A stretch of DNA of 64,000 bases from contig OZ220732.1 of the NCBI GenBank assembly GCA_965116905.1, forward strand, positions 640,001-704,000, written 5' to 3'. The DNA comes from Longimicrobiales bacterium. Its GTDB lineage: Bacteria; Gemmatimonadota; Gemmatimonadetes; Longimicrobiales; Gaopeijiaceae. Shown piece after piece: positions 56,524 through 64,000 of the stretch. The first letter of the stretch is position 1; every line of letters begins with the position of its first letter. The translations under genes were made by a program, and so were the position numbers. The notes below the pieces were generated by a model, which was not told the origin of the DNA, searched no databases, and was given only the letters and a program-made list of their open reading frames with translations.

Positions 56524-57738
56524 TTGCCCACTCGACCTCGCCTCGTCCCCGCGCTCCTTGCGCCGATCGCACTCCTGGCCCCGCTCGCTGCCTGCGCACC
56601 CGACACTTCGCCTTCCGCCCTCACCCAGCCGCACATGTCGGACAGCGCCGGTGTGCGCATCGTCACCTACGACCACACCCCAACTTCCCTGGCCTCCTTC
56701 CAGCTCGCCGCCGAACCCCGCTACCGCCACGGCGCCAACCCCGGCGACTATTCCTTCCAGGAGGCGAGCGCCGGTCGTCTCCTGCCGGACGGCACCGCAG
56801 TCGTCTACGATCAATGGAACGTCGAACTCGTCGCGTTCAGCCCCGATGGCACAACGCACTCGGTCCTGGCCGCCGCGGGGGAAGGACCGGGGGAAGTCGC
56901 CTACGTCAACGCCATATTCGCCCTTGGCCAGGACAGTGTCCTGATCGCAGACCCCAATCTCGCCCGCGTGACCCTCTTCGTCGGCGATTCGGTAGCCCGC
57001 ATCACTGCCCTGCCGCGCTCGCCCAATCTCGAAGTCGAGGGAATCGCGTCATCCGGCGAGCTGCTGCTGGCCACTTACTACGCCTCATTCAGCGACTCCG
57101 AGGCGTGGCGCCCCGGCCACATGGCCCGGTTCCACCTGGAGACCGGGACCCTCGACACCATCGCGTCCTACGACTTCATGCCGCGCATCCCGCCGGGGCT
57201 CGAGTGGGAACCGATCCCGGCCTTGGGCGCGATAGCGGTCGCCGCCGGGCATTTCGTCCAGACCAGATCCGACAGGCCGGAGGTCATCTGGCGCCGCTCG
57301 GACGGCACCGCAACACAGATCGTGCGCTGGCAGGCCGACCCGGCTCTTCTGACCGAGGAGTGGATGCAGCCCATCGAGGTTGAGGCCCTTATGGAGGTCC
57401 GCAAGCACAGCCCCAACATTCCCGAAGCTACGATCACGGCAATCACCCGCCAGAATGTGGGCATCTATCGTGCCAGCGTGGGCCGCGCAATGCCGCTCTT
57501 CGCTGACCCGTTCGCCGACGCCGAAGGGAGGGTGTGGCTGCCATCCTACAAGCCCGGCGGCGAGCGCCACAGTGTGCCGCCCTATGCGGTGATCGCGCCG
57601 GATGGGGAGTGGCTGGGCACGGTCGAGACTCCGCCCGGGTTCCGCATTCTCGACGTGGCCGACGGGCTCGTCCTCGGCATGGTGGTGGACGAGATGGACG
57701 TCGAGAGCGTGGCGGTTTACGAGCTGGTGGGGCGGTAG
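56524..57738 (+). CDS. Secreted 6-bladed beta-propeller lipoprotein, close paralog of 53169-54383
   Basis: LAAC lipobox; shares EPRYRHG, GEGPGE, TLFVGDSVA, QTRSDRPE, PDGEWLG with the paralog. Confidence 0.78.
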   Translation: MPTRPRLVPALLAPIALLAPLAACAPDTSPSALTQPHMSDSAGVRIVTYDHTPTSLASFQLAAEPRYRHGANPGDYSFQEASAGRLLPDGTAVVYDQWNVELVAFSPDGTTHSVLAAAGEGPGEVAYVNAIFALGQDSVLIADPNLARVTLFVGDSVARITALPRSPNLEVEGIASSGELLLATYYASFSDSEAWRPGHMARFHLETGTLDTIASYDFMPRIPPGLEWEPIPALGAIAVAAGHFVQTRSDRPEVIWRRSDGTATQIVRWQADPALLTEEWMQPIEVEALMEVRKHSPNIPEATITAITRQNVGIYRASVGRAMPLFADPFADAEGRVWLPSYKPGGERHSVPPYAVIAPDGEWLGTVETPPGFRILDVADGLVLGMVVDEMDVESVAVYELVGR

Positions 57739-57748
57739 GGGGGCGCAC

Positions 57749-58021
57749 TCAGTAGTGATACCGCGCCGCAAGGAAATAGACCCGATCGTCGCTCACCTGG
57801 TAGACCAGACGGTGCTCGCTGTCGATTCGTCGTGACCATCGACCGGTGAGTTCACGACGGAGGGGCTCAGGCTTCCCGATGCCGTCGAAAGGGTCGCGAA
57901 GGATCGCTTCGACCAGCTTGAGCGTGCGGATGGCCCGCTTGCGGTCGGTCCGCGTCCAGTAGGCCAGGTCTTCAAGGAATCGGGGATGCAATACGGCTTC
58001 TCGGCGCTGCCGTCCGGTCAT
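57749..58021 (-). CDS. yoeB: Txe/YoeB toxin
   Basis: EDLAYW, GIGKPEPL, WSRRIDSEHRLVY, ARYHY. Confidence 0.93.
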   Translation of the reverse strand: MTGRQRREAVLHPRFLEDLAYWTRTDRKRAIRTLKLVEAILRDPFDGIGKPEPLRRELTGRWSRRIDSEHRLVYQVSDDRVYFLAARYHY

Positions 58022-58302
58022 TCCTCCGCCAAGCCGAGTTGCCTGCGGAGTTGGTCAACGTCCGTGGGCTCCCCCTCACCAGAGTCGGCCCATGCCATGG
58101 CTTCCCTAAGGCGCTCGGCGTTGGCCGGAGAGCGAAGCAAGTAGTCCGTCTCCATCCATGAATTGAGATCTTCGGCTGCAATCAGCGCAACGGGTTCTTT
58201 TCCCCGCCGCCGGATCACGACCGGCTCGTGGGTGTCGGTGACCTGATCCATGAGGGAAGCGAGGTTCTTCCGTGCTCCCGTGTAGGTGGTTTCTCGTATC
58301 AT
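58018..58302 (-). CDS. yefM: Phd/YefM antitoxin
   Basis: YTGARKNLASLMDQV, ETDYLLRSPANAERL. Confidence 0.93.
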   Translation of the reverse strand: MIRETTYTGARKNLASLMDQVTDTHEPVVIRRRGKEPVALIAAEDLNSWMETDYLLRSPANAERLREAMAWADSGEGEPTDVDQLRRQLGLAEE

Positions 58303-58344
58303 CTGGGGCGTCCTGGCTCAAATCATCATGGTCGATTTGTAATC

Positions 58345-58361
58345 GTACAGACAATCTGTAC
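58345..58361. promoter_or_regulatory. yefM-yoeB-type operator
   Basis: GTACAGA-N3-TCTGTAC; GTAC-core repeats are typical of YefM operators. Confidence 0.7.
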
Positions 58362-58427
58362 CACTAGCAACCCTGCCGGTGAGCTTTGGCAGAGGTGTGC
58401 CGGCATCGGCCGCCCCCGTGATCCCCA

Positions 58428-59876
58428 TCACTTCAGCCCCCCATCCTCCGCAATCTCCGCCAGCAACTCGGCGATGGCCCCGGCGCTCAGCCACCGCCCC
58501 GCTGCCATCACACCAACCGGTCTTCGGACCGTGGCGAGTGATTCCCGGGGGTCGGCATCGAGCAGGAGAAGATCGGCGCGTTTTCCCGCCTCGACGGTGC
58601 CCGCTTCCTCGAAGGTACCCAGGAACCGCGCGGCTTCCCGTGTGGCCAGTTCGAGAATACGGATCCTGTCGATCCCTGCCGCCTCATAGTTGGCGAGTTC
58701 TTCGTGCAGCGAGAAGCCCGGCACCACGAAGGGATTCGGGGTGTCGGTCCCGATCAGCACCCCGGCACCGGCGTCGTGCAACGCCCGCACGAGACGAAGT
58801 CGATTGTCGCGCCCAGCATCGACCAGCGCCCAATCGGCGGCGTCCATCCGGTCGAGGGAGCGAGTCGCCAGCGACTCCCAGAAGTCGAGGACATCGCTGC
58901 CCAGGTAGTTCATCTCAGGCCTGCGCAGCCAGGCGTCGATCGTGTCGCGGGGAACGAGCGCGCGGTCGGCCTGCACTGTCGTGGCGACGACACCCACCCC
59001 GGCATCGGCCACTTGCGCGGCCGCGTCAGCGTAGCTGGCCGGATCGACCGGCATCGCGAGGTAGAGCTTGGACCAGTGCCATCCGTTGCGGAATGGAGAG
59101 TCCTTCGCCTCGACCAGGTCACCCAGTTCCGTCACGTGTTCGATCGACCACATTTCGGACGCGAGCGCATGTTCGACGGCAACGTCGCGAGGGATATGAC
59201 CAGCCACGGGCAGCCCCTGCGAGGCGGCCTCTTCGACGATGGCCGCATAGGCGGTCGGCGAGAGATTCGTATAGACCTTGACGAAGTCGTAGCCTGCAGC
59301 GGCCTGGGCCCGGACCGCTTCGCGCGCCTCCTCCGCGGACCCGATCGCCAGGTTGTCCCCACGTACGGGGGGATCGCCGTCGAGGATAGGCCCTGCCGTG
59401 TAGATCCTGGGCCCGAGCATCTCCCCGCGCTCGATGAGGTCGCGCCATTCCAGGATGTACGGGCGGCCATCCATGTTCCGCACCGTTGTCACGCCGTTCG
59501 CGAGGAAGAGGGCCAGGATGCTCGGGTCCTCCGAGTACTCGAGATGGACGTGCATGTCGGTGAGCCCCGGCATCAGGAATCGGCCGGCGCCGTCGATGAT
59601 GGTCGCCTCCGTCGACACCTGCACATGGGCTGCCGCCCCGATCGTCACGATAGAGTCGCCTGATACGATGACAGTCTGCCGCGCAAGCGTCTCGCCGCCT
59701 TGCGTCATCGGCAGGACCGTCACGTCGACGAAGGCAATGTCGCCAGTGGTGCCGCTGTCTCGTAGCGGCCGCGACGAGGGTTCGCAAGCCAGGAGGGTCG
59801 CGCACATGGCGACTATTGGCCTCAGGCCACCTCCGCGTAGTTTCGTGCCCGGACGGCCCGCCGTGCGGCAGGTCAT
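58428..59876 (-). CDS. Amidohydrolase family lipoprotein
   Basis: PGLTDMHVH, GVTTVRNM, GTDTP, GKRADLLLLDADP; ATGA overlap with the upstream gene. Confidence 0.92.
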   Translation of the reverse strand: MTCRTAGRPGTKLRGGGLRPIVAMCATLLACEPSSRPLRDSGTTGDIAFVDVTVLPMTQGGETLARQTVIVSGDSIVTIGAAAHVQVSTEATIIDGAGRFLMPGLTDMHVHLEYSEDPSILALFLANGVTTVRNMDGRPYILEWRDLIERGEMLGPRIYTAGPILDGDPPVRGDNLAIGSAEEAREAVRAQAAAGYDFVKVYTNLSPTAYAAIVEEAASQGLPVAGHIPRDVAVEHALASEMWSIEHVTELGDLVEAKDSPFRNGWHWSKLYLAMPVDPASYADAAAQVADAGVGVVATTVQADRALVPRDTIDAWLRRPEMNYLGSDVLDFWESLATRSLDRMDAADWALVDAGRDNRLRLVRALHDAGAGVLIGTDTPNPFVVPGFSLHEELANYEAAGIDRIRILELATREAARFLGTFEEAGTVEAGKRADLLLLDADPRESLATVRRPVGVMAAGRWLSAGAIAELLAEIAEDGGLK

Positions 59877-60715
59877 CGGTTTCCTCGCCTCGGACACAAC
59901 GTTCGCATGACCGCCAGCGACGGCGGCCGTCGGCCGGCCTGAGTCGACTGGTTGAGGTAGTCCTGCGTATAGGCCTGAAGTATCCACGGGCCCCTGGTCC
60001 TCCACACTTCTACAAGAGCGAAATTGCGAGGCTGAAACAGCGTGAAGTCCGCAAAACGGACTGGCTGATCGTCGATCAGGAGTTCGACGACTCGCCTGCT
60101 TCCTTCGATGTTGGCAATGGCGCATCCGTAGTCGGAATACCCCTCGAAGCTGAAGCCAAAGAGTGAGCCCGCCATGTCCCAGACGTTGTCCGCCCAATGC
60201 GAGTGCAGGGCTTCACGTCCGATGGCCAGTGGTCTTCTCCTCAGCAAGACACCGTTGCGCCGGACTCTGAGGCGCTGTTGATAGCTGCCCACTTCGGCCT
60301 CGATTCCTTCGAGCCAAATGGGTCTCGGCTGCAAGGTCACGACGAATCCATCGGTATGGGTGGCGTCGAGGCTCAGGACCAGCGGGATGTATCCGAGCGC
60401 GGACACGCGCAGATCACGGTTTGGGGGAAGCTCTTCGTTCAGATCGAGGACAAAAACACCGTCCTCGTCCGTCAGATCGTATGCCTGAGTCCCGTCCACA
60501 GTGACGAAGGCACTGATCACGGCGCTTCCGTTCGAGCCGTCTACTACACGGCCGCGCACTTGCAGCACTTGTCCCGTGGCGGAGGGCGGCGCGATCGCGC
60601 CCGCCGCAAGCAGACCGGCCATTGCGGGCCAAAGGCGCGGCGAAAGCCTCACCAGGCCCGCCGAGCCTGTCGACGCATCGGGCCAGCGGAAAGATCCCCC
60701 GGCGGATTCGCTCAT
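59873..60715 (-). CDS. Carboxypeptidase-regulatory-like domain protein
   Basis: VRGRVVD, TDEDGVF, VSALGY, LQPRPIWLEGI; degenerate plug-like C-terminal part. Confidence 0.75.
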   Translation of the reverse strand: MSESAGGSFRWPDASTGSAGLVRLSPRLWPAMAGLLAAGAIAPPSATGQVLQVRGRVVDGSNGSAVISAFVTVDGTQAYDLTDEDGVFVLDLNEELPPNRDLRVSALGYIPLVLSLDATHTDGFVVTLQPRPIWLEGIEAEVGSYQQRLRVRRNGVLLRRRPLAIGREALHSHWADNVWDMAGSLFGFSFEGYSDYGCAIANIEGSRRVVELLIDDQPVRFADFTLFQPRNFALVEVWRTRGPWILQAYTQDYLNQSTQAGRRPPSLAVMRTLCPRRGNR

Positions 60716-61860
60716 CGCACTGCCCCGTCACAGGTCGACGGATTCACTTCGAACCTCCTGAGGACTGTCGACACCTCGCCGCCGGCTGCGGGTATCTGGT
60801 CCAACACGAGCAGCGTAGACCCCTGCAGCGCCACCCTTGGCAGACCAGTAGAGGCGGTCGGAATCGGCGTGTCGGCGCACTGAACCGTACCGTCGGGGCT
60901 CAAGCTCGACACATGGATCGTTGTCTCCGAGACCTGCGGCCGCGCCGGTGTCCTCTCGACCCGGAGATCGGTGTGGACAACGATGATATTCCCGTCCTCG
61001 TCCCGGGAAAGTGGCCCCAGCACGGAGATCTCGTTGGCGAACAGCAGCGGATCCATGGCTCGGGTCGGGCTCCGTACGTCCTCCTCGGCCGGTGCGCCCC
61101 GGCGCAAACGGGGTTGGAGGTGGAGGGTGTCAAACGGTTCGCCGGAACGGGAAAACAGCAGGTAGGGCGTGCCCGCAAAGCCCACAACCATGTCGGATTC
61201 GCCCACGTCGAGAAACACGGTCGCCAGTGCGCCGAACATGATGGGGTTGGTCTGGTAGGGCGAAGGAGCGGCAATGCGGTCGAGTTGCATGGAGTCTTCG
61301 GATCCGGCCTGTGCCAGAGACGGCAGCTCGGTGGCAAGGACCGTCCCCACAGACATCCAGTTGTCCGGATCCATGCCGGCGATCCACAGGGAATCGCCTA
61401 CCTCGGTCATGGAGGTGATCCTCACGCCTGGCCGCAAGCCGATCGACCCGACGGTCTCACCGGTCCCGTAGTCGAAGACTTCAAGCTCCATGCCGGTCAT
61501 GTCGACAGCGACGACCAACCCCCCCGCCCTCATGGCAGGGGCAATCCCCATGAACTCGCCGGGCCCCTGCCCCGGCCCACCGAACGCGCGCACGAAGCGC
61601 CCGTTGCTGTCGAACTGCAGGATGGCGTTCGCGAAAGCATCCGAAATAAGAAGGGACCCGTCAGGCTCCTGAAGGACGCCGACGGGCGCGCTCACGTAGT
61701 GCTCGGCGTCTTCCTGCAGGATCAGGGTGTCAAGAAGGATCAGCGACGGGCCGGGAAGCTGGCCGAGAGCGGCGGGAGCGGTGAGCAGCGGAAGGATGGC
61801 AAGGTGGACCGCAGTCATGGCAACGCGCAGCACCGTCCGACTCCAATTCGTATTCTCCAC
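60712..61860 (-). CDS. Secreted 6-bladed beta-propeller protein
   Basis: GSLLISD, FDSNGRFVRAFGGPGQGPGEF; start uncertain (GTG 61860). Confidence 0.72.
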   Translation of the reverse strand: MENTNWSRTVLRVAMTAVHLAILPLLTAPAALGQLPGPSLILLDTLILQEDAEHYVSAPVGVLQEPDGSLLISDAFANAILQFDSNGRFVRAFGGPGQGPGEFMGIAPAMRAGGLVVAVDMTGMELEVFDYGTGETVGSIGLRPGVRITSMTEVGDSLWIAGMDPDNWMSVGTVLATELPSLAQAGSEDSMQLDRIAAPSPYQTNPIMFGALATVFLDVGESDMVVGFAGTPYLLFSRSGEPFDTLHLQPRLRRGAPAEEDVRSPTRAMDPLLFANEISVLGPLSRDEDGNIIVVHTDLRVERTPARPQVSETTIHVSSLSPDGTVQCADTPIPTASTGLPRVALQGSTLLVLDQIPAAGGEVSTVLRRFEVNPSTCDGAVR

Positions 61861-61864
61861 AACC

Positions 61865-63025
61865 TCAGATCCCCTCGATTTCGAGTGCCACAATCGACGA
61901 TTCGCCGAGACTGCCGGTGTGGAGCGTCCATACCCTGCGTCCTCTCGCTTCCAGCAATTGCTGGCCGTCCGGAAGACGGATCGAGCCGAGGAAGTGCCCG
62001 GACTGGAGGAACACGTCGTACATGGCTCCGGGTGCGCCGTGCCCGTCGAAGGTACCGGGCGACGGGCGGTCCCGCTGAGCCCAGATCCGTCCGTCCAGGT
62101 CGACGACGATTCGGGAGATGACCGCCGGGTTCCGCGGCTCCCCGAGTGCGCGGAGAGCCTCGCGCCACGCGTCCGGCATCTCTTCCTCCGTACCTTGGCC
62201 GCGTTCGGCAGGCGAGAGCGGGTGGGCCTCGGCGACATGGCAGAACCGAACGAGGCTCGTGCCATCGCGGTCGAAGACCTCCAGTTCGTAAAGTCCGTCC
62301 GGGTTCGAGACGACCCACGTCTCCGTACCGACACCCAGCAGCGGACGCGGCCATGCGGCCAGTGTCGCACCCGCAAACCCTCTGGCGCGGGACGACATGA
62401 CCGTGTCGACAACGGGCTTCTCGGGAGACCAGCGGGCGTACGATCGCTCCTCCCAGCCATCCTCGATGGGGCCGGGGTATTCCAGCCACACGGTGCGGTC
62501 CGGTTGCAGGGCCACGAACCTTACCTGACCGGATATGTAGACCGGTGACAGGAACGCCTGGTCGACCGGAGTGACGCTGGCCGATTGCGACGCAAGGTCC
62601 AGCGTGACCATCCGGAGGGCGCCCAGGTCCAGGACGAGGAGGGTGTTGGCATCTACCCAAGCCAGCGCCGCGGGAGCCCGGACCTCGCGCGGGCCCTCGG
62701 CGCGAGTCATAACCGGTCCCTGCCACTCTCCATCGGGGCCGACCACGATGACTTCGGCCAGGCCCCAGTCCGCAATAGCAACCGATCCGTCGGGACTCAC
62801 GGCCACACCTGCCGGTCGGCGCAGTGCTTCGGCTTCGTTGAGGCCTCCGACACGCCATATCTCACGCCAGGACAGTTCCGCAGGCCAGACTACGACGCTT
62901 GTGTTTGTTACGGCTTGGCCAATGGGATCGGTGATTTCGCAGGGAGCGGGTTCGGGCGAGTCGCAACCGACGATCAAGGCGGTAAGGAGCGACGATAGTG
63001 CCAGTCTTGATTTGAGGGGTGTCAT
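61865..63025 (-). CDS. 6-bladed beta-propeller lipoprotein
   Basis: LIVGC lipobox, VAVSPDGSVAIAD, EGPREV, VDLDGRIW, YDVFLQSGHFLG. Confidence 0.78.
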   Translation of the reverse strand: MTPLKSRLALSSLLTALIVGCDSPEPAPCEITDPIGQAVTNTSVVVWPAELSWREIWRVGGLNEAEALRRPAGVAVSPDGSVAIADWGLAEVIVVGPDGEWQGPVMTRAEGPREVRAPAALAWVDANTLLVLDLGALRMVTLDLASQSASVTPVDQAFLSPVYISGQVRFVALQPDRTVWLEYPGPIEDGWEERSYARWSPEKPVVDTVMSSRARGFAGATLAAWPRPLLGVGTETWVVSNPDGLYELEVFDRDGTSLVRFCHVAEAHPLSPAERGQGTEEEMPDAWREALRALGEPRNPAVISRIVVDLDGRIWAQRDRPSPGTFDGHGAPGAMYDVFLQSGHFLGSIRLPDGQQLLEARGRRVWTLHTGSLGESSIVALEIEGI

Positions 63026-63114
63026 GATGCTGTCCGGGCGGTCACGTACGGCAAAGGCGACATAGCATCAGATCTGCACTTCCCTGCATTCGCCGGGCCG
63101 GATCCAGGAGGGCG

Positions 63115-63351
63115 CTATTCCGTAGCCGGGACCATCCTCGCTGCCAATGCGTGGAGTTCGTGGTCAAGAACCGTCTCAACTTTCCATCGGTCAACGCTCG
63201 GAAACCACTCGAGGAATTGGTCGATCGACGCACCGGCCTTGAGGTTTTCAAAAAGAGCTGAGACAGGCACCCGCGTTTCCCTGAATACCCACGCACCGCT
63301 CACCCGAAGCGGATGGCGTTCGACCGCCGGGCAGGTTTCCCAGTTCGCCAT
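63115..63351 (-). CDS. DUF433 antitoxin-like protein (orphan)
   Basis: VSGAWVFRETRVPVSALFENLKAGASIDQFLEWFPSV. Confidence 0.88.
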   Translation of the reverse strand: MANWETCPAVERHPLRVSGAWVFRETRVPVSALFENLKAGASIDQFLEWFPSVDRWKVETVLDHELHALAARMVPATE

Positions 63352-63488
63352 GTCGGTCACCTCGTCCTTCCTTCTCGCACCTCAGTGCCGCTCGATCCTT
63401 CCATCCAAACGTAATCAGTGGGTCCCCCGAAGCGATCACAACGACTCTGCCATACCCAAGGCCACCAGACTAGGTCCCCTCGCCCCCC

Positions 63489-64000
63489 CTACCGCCTCAC
63501 CCGCACCACGTCACGAATCCGGTCGCGCACCTCGTCGGCCCGACCCGCCTCCTCCAGCAGGCTCCACAGCCGGTCGATCGTCCGGGAGTCGACATAGCCG
63601 GGCACGGTCGTCTGCCAGTGCTGGTCCGCGCGGAACCGGTCCACGGCGTCCACCGACTCCTGGTCGTAGACGAGCACGCCGGGCGTATCGATGGCCGGAG
63701 ACGCCGACTCGGGGTGGTAGTAGCCGAGCGCGTGGAGCATCACTTTCAGCTGAAACACGTCGCGGCCCACAAACTGCTCGAGCCTGCGGAAGCCGAGGGT
63801 TTCCGACGCCACGCCGTAGATCCGGCGCATTTCGCGGACCGGCTCGGGATGTTCGCAGACGTTGATGTCGGTCGTGACTCCGTCGGGGCGTCTGGACATG
63901 CCGGGCCGCGGATCCGCCACCAGCACCGCCGCGGACTGCGTCTCTCCATGACGGCCGTCGCCGCCCAGACGCTGGCCCGCCTGGAGCGCCTCGATCAGTC
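63489..64000 (-). CDS. DUF1028 (Ntn-hydrolase-like) protein with peptidoglycan-binding-like tail; 5' end outside window
   Basis: Manual translation LIEALQAGQRLGGDGRHGETQSAAVLV...DINVCEHPEPVREM; DVFQLKVML...AVDRFR. Confidence 0.8.
   Translation of the reverse strand, partial: LIEALQAGQRLGGDGRHGETQSAAVLVADPRPGMSRRPDGVTTDINVCEHPEPVREMRRIYGVASETLGFRRLEQFVGRDVFQLKVMLHALGYYHPESASPAIDTPGVLVYDQESVDAVDRFRADQHWQTTVPGYVDSRTIDRLWSLLEEAGRADEVRDRIRDVVRVRR

Noticed and set aside
63042..63089. Tiny Cys-containing ORF MQGSADLMLCRLCRT as a peptide precursor
   Set aside because: Too short, no clear RBS, no modifying enzymes nearby.
1..64000. tRNA-Sec, other tRNA/rRNA, riboswitch, IS or prophage
   Set aside because: No cloverleaf, rRNA-like tract, transposase, integrase or phage gene recognised by eye; a covariance-model search is needed to exclude small RNAs.

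Overview
High-GC bacterial chromosomal window with about 60 CDS. I found no rRNA, tRNA, CRISPR array, integrase or transposase. Gene content (expanded secreted 6-bladed beta-propellers, carboxypeptidase-regulatory-domain proteins, PQQ dehydrogenase, creatininase-family proteins, many solitary toxin-antitoxin pairs) suggests a Gemmatimonadota-like, possibly marine host-associated organism; this is inference only. Housekeeping genes: ygfZ/gcvT-like, sirB1-like, selD, lon, ggt, tdk. Nutrient uptake and catabolism: DAACS, APC, two SSS, TRAP, NCS2, amine oxidase, creatininases, peptidases. Accessory genes: three complete TA pairs, two TA relics/orphans, AAA_14-DUF4143, Schlafen/AlbA_2-HATPase. Signals the ORF track misses: (1) selD is a selenoprotein with an in-frame UGA and a SECIS-like hairpin; (2) lon has a sigma54-type promoter with three phased palindromes; (3) a TipA-like MerR gene has a 19-bp-spacer promoter, a leaderless start and an internal second start; (4) an NCS2 permease fused to a degenerate RsbW-like domain lies inside a TRAP operon; (5) three secreted creatininase domains have non-canonical metal motifs; (6) a GGCGGTAGGsGGGCG stop-codon motif abuts three TA modules; (7) abrupt G-rich to C-rich strand switches recur at gene junctions. 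All family assignments are by eye, without database searches.
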